Of a DNA stretch of 39,633 bases, positions 30,478-39,633 are shown piece by piece. Position numbers and translations under genes: made by a program. Under the pieces are notes generated by a model. The model worked only from the letters and a program-made list of their open reading frames with translations, searched no databases and had not been told where the DNA came from. Positions within the stretch are counted from its first letter, which is position 1. The number at the start of each line of letters is the position of its first letter. This DNA comes from Desulfobacteraceae bacterium (GTDB lineage Bacteria > Desulfobacterota > Desulfobacteria > Desulfobacterales > JAJDOA01). The stretch covers positions 1 to 39,633 of the forward strand of contig JAJDOA010000106.1 in NCBI GenBank assembly GCA_022340405.1, in the 5' to 3' direction.

Positions 30478-32471
30478 AGACACCGCCGCTGTTGATGGGA
30501 GCGACCCTCCTGTTCTGGGGATGGCAGACCGGGTTTTGGATCTGGGCCGTCCCCATGGCCCTTGTCCTAGAAGCCTCCCGGTATCTCCCATACCGCTGGG
30601 ATTGGACGCCGCGGGATTTTTACCGGCTTTCCGACTTCAGCGCCCTGTTGCTGATGGGGATGGTCGCCTTTCGATTCATCGCCGGCACCGAGTCCATGGC
30701 CCGCTGGCTGCCCATCGGGCTTTTCCCTCTGCTGTGCGGGCAGTGCTACAGCAATGTCGGCGGCGTGGACCGGGGCGCACTCTTTTACACCGCGCGGAAA
30801 AAGGAGAAGGAGGGGCGGTTTCGGCGGCGCCGAACCATGGACGTCTCCTACCTCTATCTGGCCTGCGTCATCATTGCCGCCAGCGCCGCGAACCAGCGGA
30901 CGCCGGCCTTTTACGCCGGGATGACCGTCCTTGTCGGTTGGGCGTTGGGGTACCGGCGGCCTCCCGCCAGACGGTGGCCGTTTCTTCTCGTTTTTGTGCC
31001 GGTTGCCTTCATCGGATTCGGTGCATCCATCGGGTTGCACAACCTGCAGGTCTGGTTGGAGACGGATGTCATCCAATGGATGACCGACCGGCAGCAGGAA
31101 ACTCGAAACCCTTTTCGCAGCATGACGGCCATCGGCGAAATCGGAGAACTCAAACTACACGACCGCATCCTCCTGCGGGTCAAACCCATCGGCGCCTTTC
31201 GTGCCGGTCAACTGTTGCATGAAGCCAGTTTCAATCGCTATCGAAACGGTCTATGGATCGCCGGACAGGCCAGATTCGAGCCGCTGTCCCCGGCGGGTTC
31301 CCGGAACCGCGGCACATGGAACCTGGAAAAACCGCCTTCGGAGCGTGGATTCGTCTCCGAGATCACGATGAAGCTCCGGGATGGAAAGGGGGTCTTGAGT
31401 CTGCCCCTTGGCTGCTATCAGATCCGGTCATTGCCGGCCAAGAAGCTGGAACGGAATCCATACGGAGCATTCCGGGTGAGCGCATTTTCCCCATTCGTAA
31501 GCTACCGGGCGCGGTATCATCCCTCCGTTCGACTGCAAGCCGAACCCAACGACAACGACCTGGATCTTCCAACCTCCGAGCGGGAGGTCGTGATGGCCCA
31601 GCTGAAAGCCCGAAATTGGAGGGGCGGATCCCCGAAAGAGGCTGTGGAATTCGTCCGCAGCTTCTTTCGCTCCGGTTTCACCTACAGCCTGAAGCAGGAA
31701 CCCCCAAGAAAGGGATTGACCCCGCTTGCTCATTTTCTGCAGGTCTCCCACTCCGGGCACTGCGAATTTTTTGCCACCGCAACCGTCCTGATGCTCCGAG
31801 GGGCGGGCATCCCCGCCCGATATGCCACCGGATACGCGGTAAGCGAGTACAGCCGACTGGAGAAGGCCTTTGTGGTTCGCTCCCGCCACGCGCACGCATG
31901 GGCCCTGGCGTATCTGGACGGATCGTGGGTGCCGGTGGACACGACCCCGTCCATATGGCTGGAGGCGGAGCAGGAGCAAACCGGGGTCCTGACGCCTGTG
32001 GTGGACCTGTTCCGTTGGGCCGGCAACCGTTTCGATATCTGGCGGCATCATCAGCGCTTCGGCGGTGGTTCTCGAGGGTGGCTGCTGTTGTTGGCCCTTT
32101 CGGGAGGGATCGTTCTCCTCTGGCGGGTCCTCCGGAAGAGAGCATCGAGAAAGCAGCAAACCCGAACCGTATCGGAGACCGTGGATGAAGCGACGCATCC
32201 GGTCTCCCCCTTCACTGCCGTGCAGGAAAGCCTGATCGATGCGGGCTATACCAAGAATCGATGGGAACCTCCGGGAGAATGGATCGCGAGGCTGTCTCGT
32301 TCCGGGCTGGGCCCCGACCTGGCCGACGACCTTCAGTTCGTTGTCCGTCAGCACTACCGGGTTTGCTTCCATCCTAAAGGGCTGTCGGATGACGAGTTGC
32401 AGCAGATGAAGATCCAATGCCGGTCCGTGCAGGAAAGCCTGGCCGGTATTCAGCAAAAGACCAAGGGGTGA
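30474..32471 (+). CDS. Transglutaminase-like membrane protein (TgpA-like)
   Basis: GTG 30474 overlaps the DUF58 stop (GTGA). Multi-TM N-terminal region. Cys-His-Asp core GHCEFFATATVLMLRGAGIPARYATGY, HAHAWALAY and VPVDTTP. One more transmembrane segment follows the core. Confidence 0.85.
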   Translation: MKTPPLLMGATLLFWGWQTGFWIWAVPMALVLEASRYLPYRWDWTPRDFYRLSDFSALLLMGMVAFRFIAGTESMARWLPIGLFPLLCGQCYSNVGGVDRGALFYTARKKEKEGRFRRRRTMDVSYLYLACVIIAASAANQRTPAFYAGMTVLVGWALGYRRPPARRWPFLLVFVPVAFIGFGASIGLHNLQVWLETDVIQWMTDRQQETRNPFRSMTAIGEIGELKLHDRILLRVKPIGAFRAGQLLHEASFNRYRNGLWIAGQARFEPLSPAGSRNRGTWNLEKPPSERGFVSEITMKLRDGKGVLSLPLGCYQIRSLPAKKLERNPYGAFRVSAFSPFVSYRARYHPSVRLQAEPNDNDLDLPTSEREVVMAQLKARNWRGGSPKEAVEFVRSFFRSGFTYSLKQEPPRKGLTPLAHFLQVSHSGHCEFFATATVLMLRGAGIPARYATGYAVSEYSRLEKAFVVRSRHAHAWALAYLDGSWVPVDTTPSIWLEAEQEQTGVLTPVVDLFRWAGNRFDIWRHHQRFGGGSRGWLLLLALSGGIVLLWRVLRKRASRKQQTRTVSETVDEATHPVSPFTAVQESLIDAGYTKNRWEPPGEWIARLSRSGLGPDLADDLQFVVRQHYRVCFHPKGLSDDELQQMKIQCRSVQESLAGIQQKTKG

Positions 32472-32807
32472 GGAACCTTCCGCATGGGTCGATGATCCTG
32501 CCGAAAACCGATGCGGAGATTCGTCTCGTTTGATCTTTCTCCCTTATCCCGCTATGATGGAGCCCTGCCTCCGATGCTTCTCCATGCATGATTCCGGATG
32601 CTGACGCGACCCCCGCTTCGTGGCTCGCTCGACCACAGACGGCGTTATCGATCACGACGGGACCCCCACTTCTCTACCGGCCTCTCAGGTTCTGGCCTCG
32701 GCGGCCCTCCAGCCGCCAGATCTTCGATTTGGACGAAGGGGGCAGGGTATGAACAGCGCCATGCGCTGGACAGGCCTGGAAACCCATAGCCGAAAGGGAG
32801 GAGGAAC

Positions 32808-33359
32808 ATGCGAAATGTCGCCACCAACTACGACACCTTGATTCAAATCACCCGGTCCCTGTCCCGGTCGAGAAAACCGGAAGAAATCATCCAAATGACG
32901 GTGGAGAAGATCCCGGCCACTCTCGGCATCAAGGGCTGCGCCCTGTTTTTGATTCATCCGGAGACCAACGAAATGGAACTGGCCGCCGCTTACGGGCTGA
33001 GCCAGGAGTACCTGAACAAGGGGGCGGTCAGCGCGCTTCGCTCCATCGCCGATTCCCTGAACGACGGGCCGGTCGCCGTTTACGATGTAAGCGACGACCC
33101 AAGAATCCAGTACCCGGAGGCCGCAAAAAAAGAGGGAATTGCCTCCATCCTATCCGTACCGATTTTGGTGGGAGACGATGCCATTGGCGCCGTACGGGTG
33201 TATTCGGCCGAAACATGGGAGTTTACCCTGGATGATGTCAATTTTGTCCAGAGCCTGGCGCAGATTGCCGGCATCCTCATCGACATGAGCCGCCTGCATC
33301 AAGGTCAGAACGAGTACATCGACGTGCTGAGCACCATGTGCGGATCACCGGCGCTGTAG
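32808..33359 (+). CDS. Stand-alone GAF domain protein
   Basis: 183 aa with a strong RBS (AGGGAGGAGG). GAF-like pattern GCALFL..ELAAAYGLS..SILSVPILVGDDAIGAVRVYS. No output domain. Confidence 0.75.
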   Translation: MRNVATNYDTLIQITRSLSRSRKPEEIIQMTVEKIPATLGIKGCALFLIHPETNEMELAAAYGLSQEYLNKGAVSALRSIADSLNDGPVAVYDVSDDPRIQYPEAAKKEGIASILSVPILVGDDAIGAVRVYSAETWEFTLDDVNFVQSLAQIAGILIDMSRLHQGQNEYIDVLSTMCGSPAL

Positions 33360-33398
33360 CGGCGTGTGCATCCGGGTTGCCGATGCGAAAGGAGTCGG

Positions 33399-34442
33399 AT
33401 GACATCCAGGCATCTTTCGTTCTTTCCCCTTCCGTCAACCCGCAGCAGAAAATGGGGATGGATCCGCCAATCCGGCATTGCGGTGACCGGTGTTGTTTTC
33501 CTGCTGACCGCGTGTACAGGGATCTCCGGAAGATCCGAATTCCCGGATCCGGAGCGGGCGGTGTTCGGTCCTGCCGTACGGGTGGGGACACTGGAGAACG
33601 AATCGCTGCGGGAATGTTCGGGACTGGCGGCATCGAACCGGAGAAGCGACTTGCTATGGGCCGTCAACGACAGCGGGAACGGTCCCTATCTGTACGCTTT
33701 GCAACTGGACGGCCGGGACATGGGCCGCATTCGGGTGGAGGACGTTGTCAATCGGGACTGGGAGGGGCTGGACTCCTTTGTGCTGGACGGCGAGTCTTTT
33801 CTTCTCGTCGCCGATTTCGGCGACAACCGGCAGCAGCACGGCGTGCATACCCTCGTCGTGGTCCGGGAGCCCGTGACGCCCAACGGGGGCTATGGGAAGG
33901 AAGACACCGTGCCGGTGGCGTGGCGCATCCGATACACGTATCCCGGCCGGTTGCACGATGCGGAAGCTGTGGCCGTGGATGAGCGAGAGGAAAAAGTCTT
34001 CGTCTTGACCAAGCGGGATCGGGCTCCGGTGCTGTACGAAGTTCCGCTCCGGCCGCCGGTCTCGGACTCGCCGGTGGCTGCCGGCCGGCTCGTTGCGGTG
34101 GCGGGGATCCCGCAGCCCACGCCGGAGGACTGGCTTTTCCCCTACGGTGCCTATCGATCCCAGCCCACGGGCATGGACATCGATCCCCCCGGCCGCCTGG
34201 CCGTTGTATTGACCTACAAGGATGCCTATCTTTTTTCCCGGACACCCGGTGAGGGGTGGGCCTCCGCCTTTCTCGGCGTTCCTGTGGTGATCCCTCTCCC
34301 ACCTCCACAAGACCACCATGACTTTCAGCAACGGGAGTCGCTGTGCTTCGACCGTGACGGCAGGCGCCTTTTTGTAACCTCGGAGGGTAAAAATGCGGCA
34401 TTGTACATGCTGCAGGTGAAGGGGGGCATCGGCAACCCATAG
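33399..34442 (+). CDS. Putative lipoprotein, probably a beta-propeller (SdiA-regulated/phytase-like)
   Basis: ORF 33366 (GTG) trimmed to ATG 33399, which has AAGGAG upstream. Lipobox VVFLLTAC. Repeated motifs of the SGLA..LWAVNDSG..NRDWEGL type. The family assignment comes from pattern memory only. Confidence 0.6.
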   Translation: MTSRHLSFFPLPSTRSRKWGWIRQSGIAVTGVVFLLTACTGISGRSEFPDPERAVFGPAVRVGTLENESLRECSGLAASNRRSDLLWAVNDSGNGPYLYALQLDGRDMGRIRVEDVVNRDWEGLDSFVLDGESFLLVADFGDNRQQHGVHTLVVVREPVTPNGGYGKEDTVPVAWRIRYTYPGRLHDAEAVAVDEREEKVFVLTKRDRAPVLYEVPLRPPVSDSPVAAGRLVAVAGIPQPTPEDWLFPYGAYRSQPTGMDIDPPGRLAVVLTYKDAYLFSRTPGEGWASAFLGVPVVIPLPPPQDHHDFQQRESLCFDRDGRRLFVTSEGKNAALYMLQVKGGIGNP

Positions 34443-34452
34443 AGGTGGACCC

Positions 34453-35724
34453 GTGAAAAAAAACATCGGTTTTTTATCCACGCGCTTTGCCGGCGTCGAC
34501 GGAGTGACGTTGGAGGCCAGCAAATGGGCACAGGTTCTCAGGGGCATGGGGCATACCTGCTTCTGGTTTGCCGGACAGCTGGACAAAGACCCGGCCCGCA
34601 GCATGCAGGTGCCCGAGGCCTTCTTCCAGCACGAAAAGAATCTTTGGATCAACGAACGCATCTTTGGCCGAAAACAAAGAGACCCGGTCGTAACCGACAC
34701 CATTCAAGAGGTGAAAAACCGGCTCAAGGAGCGCATCAGGGAGTTTGTTCGGCGGTTCGACATCGACATGCTCATCCTGCAAAACGCCCTTACCATTCCC
34801 ATGCATGTGCCCCTTGGCATGGCACTCACCGAATTCATCGCCGAGACGCAGACTCCCACCATCGCACATCACCACGATTTTTATTGGGAGCGTACCCGCT
34901 TTTCGGTCAATGGCGTGGGGGATTATCTGCGCATGGCCTTTCCGCCGAACCTTCCCAGCATGGAGCATGTGGTGATCAATTCGGCCGCCCAGGAGGAGTT
35001 GGCGCTGCGCACCGGTATCTCCTCCATCATCATTCCCAACATTCTCGATTTCGAAAACCCCCCGGACGCCGCTCTCACCTGCAGGCTTACACTTCGGAGC
35101 GAACTCGGGCTGCAGGAAGACGACATCATCATTCTCCAGCCCACCCGGATCGTTCAGCGCAAAGGGATCGAGCATGCGCTCACTCTGGTCAAAGAACTCG
35201 CGGATCCCCGGTGCAAACTCGTCATCTCCCACGAGGCGGGTGACGAGGGGTACGACTACGCCGACTGGCTCAAGCAGGAGGCACGGAACATGGGGATCGA
35301 TCTCCGAATGCTGAACACGGACATGCGGGACCCCTGGAACGACATGGAAAGCGATAGCGATGGCCACTCCCTGCTGGACATTTATCCCTGCGCCGACTTC
35401 GTCACCTATCCCAGCCTCTACGAAGGATTTGGGAACGCCTTTCTCGAAGCCGTCTATTTTCAAAAACCCGTCCTGATCAACCGCTACGCCATTTTTGTAC
35501 GGGACATCGAGCCCAAGGGCTTCGATCTGGTCGCCATGGATGGATTCCTGACGGAGAAAACCATCCGAAAGGTCCGGGAGCTGCTGAAATCCGAGGAGCG
35601 TAGGTTGCGGATGGTGCGAACCAACTACGAAGTCGCCTCCCGCCATTATTCGTATGCCGTGCTGCGCCGATGGCTGCGGATCCTCCTCATCAACTTTTTC
35701 GGTACGGAAGGAGCGGACGCATGA
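34453..35724 (+). CDS. Glycosyltransferase family 4 (GT-B fold)
   Basis: 423 aa with a GTG start 10 nt after the lipoprotein stop. C-terminal GT1/GT4 block YPSLYEGFGNAFLEAVYFQKPVLINRY. Acceptor unknown. Confidence 0.8.
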   Translation: MKKNIGFLSTRFAGVDGVTLEASKWAQVLRGMGHTCFWFAGQLDKDPARSMQVPEAFFQHEKNLWINERIFGRKQRDPVVTDTIQEVKNRLKERIREFVRRFDIDMLILQNALTIPMHVPLGMALTEFIAETQTPTIAHHHDFYWERTRFSVNGVGDYLRMAFPPNLPSMEHVVINSAAQEELALRTGISSIIIPNILDFENPPDAALTCRLTLRSELGLQEDDIIILQPTRIVQRKGIEHALTLVKELADPRCKLVISHEAGDEGYDYADWLKQEARNMGIDLRMLNTDMRDPWNDMESDSDGHSLLDIYPCADFVTYPSLYEGFGNAFLEAVYFQKPVLINRYAIFVRDIEPKGFDLVAMDGFLTEKTIRKVRELLKSEERRLRMVRTNYEVASRHYSYAVLRRWLRILLINFFGTEGADA

Positions 35725-35827
35725 ACCGGGTCCGTGCCGCGGTGCGGGAATGATTTTTTGCGTTGTCCGGAGAAATGATGCATGATGAAGAAGAGATCCT
35801 TTCAACTTCCAACCATGGAGGAGCCCC

Positions 35828-36109
35828 ATGGCCACCTTTTTCATGTTCGGTAAATATTCAGCGGATGCCGTCCGAAACATGAGCATCCAACGGACTCAGG
35901 AGGCGATTGAGGAGATCAAGAAGCTGGGCGGAAGCGTCACCGCCATGCACGCCCTTCTGGGAGAATACGACCTGCTGTTTTGCGTGCAACTTCCCACCAT
36001 CGACGATGCCATAAAAGCCTCCATTTCCCTGACCCGCCTGACCGGCATTTCGTTTACGACCAGCCCGGCCATCTCCGTGGAGGCTTTCGACCGTCTCGTT
36101 TTGGGATGA
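35828..36109 (+). CDS. GYD domain protein
   Basis: 93 aa, MATFFMFGKYS..GEYDLLF, typical of the GYD family. GGAGGAG RBS. Confidence 0.8.
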   Translation: MATFFMFGKYSADAVRNMSIQRTQEAIEEIKKLGGSVTAMHALLGEYDLLFCVQLPTIDDAIKASISLTRLTGISFTTSPAISVEAFDRLVLG

Positions 36110-36433
36110 TCGGGCACGGCCCGGATCGGACATCATCACCAGGGGCACGTCGCAGGACACCGGCGCCTCTTCCCGGCTGGACAGCCGCAGCAGCCGAGGG
36201 TTCGATTCCTTCCGGCCGAAAATGCGATGAAGTTGAAAAGCCCACCAATTGCTGGTAAGCATGGTGCTTTCCGAAGACCACCGGGGCCTCGACCCTGAAA
36301 AGGGAAAAGACCCTTTGATCCCGGCCGTTTCATTCGGTGTCTGGATCGCGGTGCCATTGCGCGCCTTTTGCGGCCCCCGATGCCCGACACCTGAACCTGT
36401 TGAACACAGGCAAGAAGCTGCGAAGGAGCCTCC

Positions 36434-38167
36434 ATGAGCCCAACACCTCCCCAAAAACCGGAACGGTCCGAACCGACCATCGGCAAGGAAACGCCTGTCC
36501 CTTCGAATTTTATCCGAAGCATCGTGGAGGAAGACTGCCGAACCGGAAAATGGGACGGGAGGGTGGCGACCCGTTTTCCGCCGGAGCCCAACGGCTATCT
36601 GCACATCGGGCATGCCAAGTCCATCTGCCTCAACTTCGGGCTGGCCGCTGACTTCAACGGTACCTGCAATCTGCGTTTCGACGATACCAACCCCCTCAAG
36701 GAAGACGTGGAGTACGTCGATTCCATCAAAGAGGACGTGCGCTGGCTTGGATTCGACTGGCAGGATCGCGAGTACTACGCTTCCGATTATTTCCAGCAGC
36801 TCTACGATTACGCCGTGCAGCTCATCCACAAGGGGCTGGCGTACGTGGACGATCTCAATGCAGATGAAATCCGGGAATACCGCGGTACGCTCACCGAACC
36901 CGGTCGGGAAAGCCCTTGGCGGAATCGTCCCGTGGAGGAGAACCTGGATCTGTTTCACCGCATGCGGGAGGGAGAATTCCCCGACGGCAGCCGCGTACTG
37001 CGGGCCAAAATCGACATGGCTTCTCCCAACCTGCTGATGCGCGATCCCACATTGTACCGCATCCGCAAGGCCTCGCATCACCGTACGGGCGATGCGTGGT
37101 GCATCTATCCCATGTACGACTTCACCCACTGTCTGTCGGACTCCATCGAGCATATCACCCATTCCGTCTGCACCTTGGAATTCGAAAACAATCGGGAACT
37201 CTACGACTGGGTTCTGGCTCGGCTGGATGTATATCATCCCCAACAGATCGAGTTCGCGCGGCTAAACCTGACCTACACCGTATTGAGCAAGCGGAAGCTC
37301 ATCGCGCTGGTGGAAAACGGTGTCGTGCAAGGATGGGACGATCCCCGCATGCCCACCATTTCTGGAATGCGGCGCCGCGGATATCCGCCGGAGGCCATCC
37401 GCAATTTCTGCGATCGCATCGGGGTGGCGCGAAGGGACAGCCTGGTGGATTTTGCGCTGTTGGAATTTTGTGTCCGAGAGTACCTGAACCGCCACGCCCC
37501 CCGGGTCATGGCCGTTCTGGATCCGTTGAAGGTGGTCATTGAAAACTGGCCGGAGGGTCGAACCGAGGAGATGGAAGCCGTCAACAATCCGGAAGACCCG
37601 GCCGCGGGAACCCGAAAGGTGCCCTTTTCCGGGACCCTTTTCATCGAACGCGACGATTTTCGGGAAGAACCTCCCAGAAAGTTTTTTCGTCTCGCACCGG
37701 GAAGGGAAGTGCGGCTGCGCTATGCCTACTTCATCCGCTGTACGGATGTCATCAAGGATCCCGATACCGGCGAGGTGGTGGAACTTCGCTGCACCTATGA
37801 TCCGGAAACGCGGGGCGGCGACGCTCCCGACGGACGGAAAGTCAAGGCCACCCTGCACTGGGTCTCAGCCTCCCATGCCGCAGATGCGGAAGTCCGGCTA
37901 TACGAACACCTCTTTGCGGAGGAAAGACCGGGGGAAGCCGCGGATTTCCTGACCACCGTCCGTCCGGACTCCCTGAGAACGGTTGCGGCCAAGGTGGAGC
38001 CCGGCCTGACGGGTGCGGAACCCGGCAGCCGCTGGCAGTTCGAGCGGCTGGGTTATTTCTGTGTGGACCCGGGGGATGGAGAAAGCGGCAGGCTCGTCTT
38101 CAATCGGACGGTGACCTTGCGCGACACATGGGCCAAAATCGCGAAAAAGACGAAAATATCAGGTTGA
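36434..38167 (+). CDS. glnS: Glutamine--tRNA ligase
   Basis: 577 aa. [31 protein letters not shown] (HIGH) and VLSKRKL (KMSKS-like). GAAGGAG RBS. Confidence 0.95.
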   Translation: MSPTPPQKPERSEPTIGKETPVPSNFIRSIVEEDCRTGKWDGRVATRFPPEPNGYLHIGHAKSICLNFGLAADFNGTCNLRFDDTNPLKEDVEYVDSIKEDVRWLGFDWQDREYYASDYFQQLYDYAVQLIHKGLAYVDDLNADEIREYRGTLTEPGRESPWRNRPVEENLDLFHRMREGEFPDGSRVLRAKIDMASPNLLMRDPTLYRIRKASHHRTGDAWCIYPMYDFTHCLSDSIEHITHSVCTLEFENNRELYDWVLARLDVYHPQQIEFARLNLTYTVLSKRKLIALVENGVVQGWDDPRMPTISGMRRRGYPPEAIRNFCDRIGVARRDSLVDFALLEFCVREYLNRHAPRVMAVLDPLKVVIENWPEGRTEEMEAVNNPEDPAAGTRKVPFSGTLFIERDDFREEPPRKFFRLAPGREVRLRYAYFIRCTDVIKDPDTGEVVELRCTYDPETRGGDAPDGRKVKATLHWVSASHAADAEVRLYEHLFAEERPGEAADFLTTVRPDSLRTVAAKVEPGLTGAEPGSRWQFERLGYFCVDPGDGESGRLVFNRTVTLRDTWAKIAKKTKISG

Positions 38168-38590
38168 CGGCATTCGGTTCTCGGCTTTTTCTCGGCTCCG
38201 TATCGAGCGCATCAGCTTTTCGGCGGCCCGAACTTCCTCAGGATAGAGGAAGCCGGCGGCGATCCACTTCTCGATGACCAGCGGCGGCGGCTCCTTCTCG
38301 CCGGCCAACCGAAGCGTTTCCGGATCTTCGAAAAGGGATGCATCCTGCATCCAGTGCGGATTCGGCACCGGGGGTGGGGGTACGGCTACAGAGGCCTCCG
38401 GTATCGGCGGCGCAACCGGCGGTGTCTCCATTTGCCGCGGGTCCGACTGGGCATGGGTTGGCTGGCGGATCACAGAAACCGTCTCTACGACGCCTCTGGA
38501 TGTGCGCACACCCCAAAAATCGTTGAAAACCCCCATCATATCTTGTAGGGATCGCATCACGATTTTTTTCAAAAATGTCATTTTAAGCAT
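38159..38590 (-). CDS. Hypothetical proline-rich protein
   Basis: ORF 38159..38629 trimmed to ATG 38590, which has GGAAGGTG upstream. 143 aa with a central [22 protein letters not shown] tract. The 3' end overlaps the glnS 3' end by 9 nt. No family recognised. Confidence 0.5.
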   Translation of the reverse strand: MLKMTFLKKIVMRSLQDMMGVFNDFWGVRTSRGVVETVSVIRQPTHAQSDPRQMETPPVAPPIPEASVAVPPPPVPNPHWMQDASLFEDPETLRLAGEKEPPPLVIEKWIAAGFLYPEEVRAAEKLMRSIRSREKAENRMPST

Positions 38591-38841
38591 CGTGTAACAC
38601 CTTCCTGTAACAAGCGCCTGCCCGGACATGCGAGAGCGGAGTCATCCGGTCCGGTCGGGGTCGCAGCTCCGTCTCCCGCTGTAGTTCCGAGCCAGCGCCT
38701 ACCATACAGCGGAATTCGGCAACGTCAACGGATACCGGGACCGGACCCCCAAGTACCGTTTGCCACGCCCGGCGTCCCCTCCGCATGTAACGGAGCGCTG
38801 TCTCCATAGGAAAGTTATTTGCACATCTGATGCCAATGGAG

Positions 38842-39633
38842 TCATGCGGTGGACCGAAACAGCATCCCGACATAGCCTACGAAACTGTCACCCGGGTTCT
38901 TGTCGTAGCTGGTTGCGTAGGCAAGTGTCTGCGCTTCGGTTGCACCGAGGCTTTTCGCCGCTGCAATGGCTGCCGCCGCCGCACCGGAGCAGCAGGCGTT
39001 TTGCCTGGCCAGCGCTTCCCGAACCACCCCTTCGGGATCCATCGCCAGCATCTTCTCGACAACGGCACGGTCGTTTTCCTCCCGCACCCACCGCACCGCC
39101 TCTGTTCCGGAACCTTTGGGGGAAAAGCCGTAATTGGGCCCGTAGTGGGTAAGGTCTGTCGAACCGACCACTTTGACGCGTCTTCCGAGTTCCTCGGCGA
39201 TTTGCCGAACACGCGAACCCATCTCGGTGGCAATGGGTCCCGGAGGCACTCCCACGGGCACGATCCGTGCCTCTGGGGCAAAATGACGCAGAAAGGGAAG
39301 CTGGACCTCGATGGTGTTGTCCGGTGTGTGAATCACCGTAGTTTCGACTTGAAAATCGAAGTGTTGCATCAGCTGTCGGGCGAATTCCGCATCCACCGAT
39401 AGGGGTCCGAGAGGCGTTTCCCAATCCCCCTCGGGCATGATGTGGGCCGGCGATCCGGGTCCCAGGTGCATTCCGAAAACCACAAAAACATCCGGCGGTT
39501 CCGGGACGCTGATACGGTGCAGGACGTTGCAGGCAATTTGCCCCGAAAAATACCACCCCGCGTGGGGAACGATACCCCCCACCAGCCCCTCCGGTATGGC
39601 CGACTCTTCGGGGGCATCTCTCAGGTATTGCAG
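38842..39633 (-). CDS. Memo-like protein (AmmeMemoRadiSam system protein B family). The 5' end lies beyond the right window edge
   Basis: Motifs GGIVPHAGWYFSG, VFVVFGMHL and DLTHYGPNYGF. The listed ORF starts at an internal GTG (39582), but the frame stays open to base 39633 (..LQYLRDAPEESAIPEGLV). Confidence 0.8.
   Translation of the reverse strand: MQYLRDAPEESAIPEGLVGGIVPHAGWYFSGQIACNVLHRISVPEPPDVFVVFGMHLGPGSPAHIMPEGDWETPLGPLSVDAEFARQLMQHFDFQVETTVIHTPDNTIEVQLPFLRHFAPEARIVPVGVPPGPIATEMGSRVRQIAEELGRRVKVVGSTDLTHYGPNYGFSPKGSGTEAVRWVREENDRAVVEKMLAMDPEGVVREALARQNACCSGAAAAAIAAAKSLGATEAQTLAYATSYDKNPGDSFVGYVGMLFRSTA

Noticed and set aside
36196-36212. tRNA or tmRNA fragment suggested by GAGGG-TTCGATT-CCTTC
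   Set aside because: No acceptor, D or anticodon arms can be built around it, and no CCA or matching 5' strand lies within tRNA distance. It is not a duplicate of the tRNA-Gln 3' end, so it is not an att site either. Similar GGTTCGA strings at 21826 and 23805 are judged coincidental.
23892-36433. Genomic island integrated at tRNA-Gln
   Set aside because: There is no integrase, transposase or direct repeat of the tRNA 3' end. The coding composition of most genes matches the rest of the window. Only short intergenic stretches are AT-rich.

Overview
High-GC bacterial chromosome segment that is densely coding. I support about 41 protein genes and one tRNA. The ORF track writes GTG and TTG starts as M, so several starts were re-derived from the sequence.

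Layout:
- 1-5.9 kb holds mixed housekeeping genes: a CbbQ/NorQ ATPase with a NorD-like partner that runs off the left edge, TraB, purN, trxA, bamD and rpmB.
- 5.9-18.5 kb is one long minus-strand housekeeping run: rpiB-glyA-dCMP deaminase-nrdR-ribD-ribE-ribBA-ribH-nusB-MBL hydrolase-ispG-proS-rel. Many junctions are 4-nt overlaps.
- 18.9-21.7 kb is a shortened fatty-acid cluster, rpmF-fabG-acpP-fabF.
- 22.3-23.9 kb is gltX followed by tRNA-Gln(CUG) and a clean terminator.
- 24-36 kb is the least ordinary part: an orphan low-confidence ORF, a cytoplasmic PAS-PAS hybrid histidine kinase, a Nudix hydrolase, an AT-rich 340-bp repeat-filled intergenic region, a coupled VOC-MoxR-DUF58-transglutaminase module, a GAF-lipoprotein-GT4 trio and a GYD protein.
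- 36.4-39.6 kb holds glnS, a proline-rich hypothetical that overlaps it tail to tail, and a 5'-truncated Memo-like (AmmeMemoRadiSam B) gene at the right edge.

I see no CRISPR array, transposase, integrase, rRNA or recognisable defence genes.

The most checkable unexplained signals are non-coding:
- a 138-nt rod-like hairpin between bamD and rpmB;
- a 200-nt structured spacer inside the riboflavin cluster;
- the palindrome and iteron-like arrays at 27.34-27.56 kb, upstream of the MoxR module.

Nothing here can be shown to be a new system from sequence alone, and the interest scores are set accordingly. Lineage cannot be fixed from the window. The gene content fits a high-GC deltaproteobacterium-like anaerobe, but that is only an inference.
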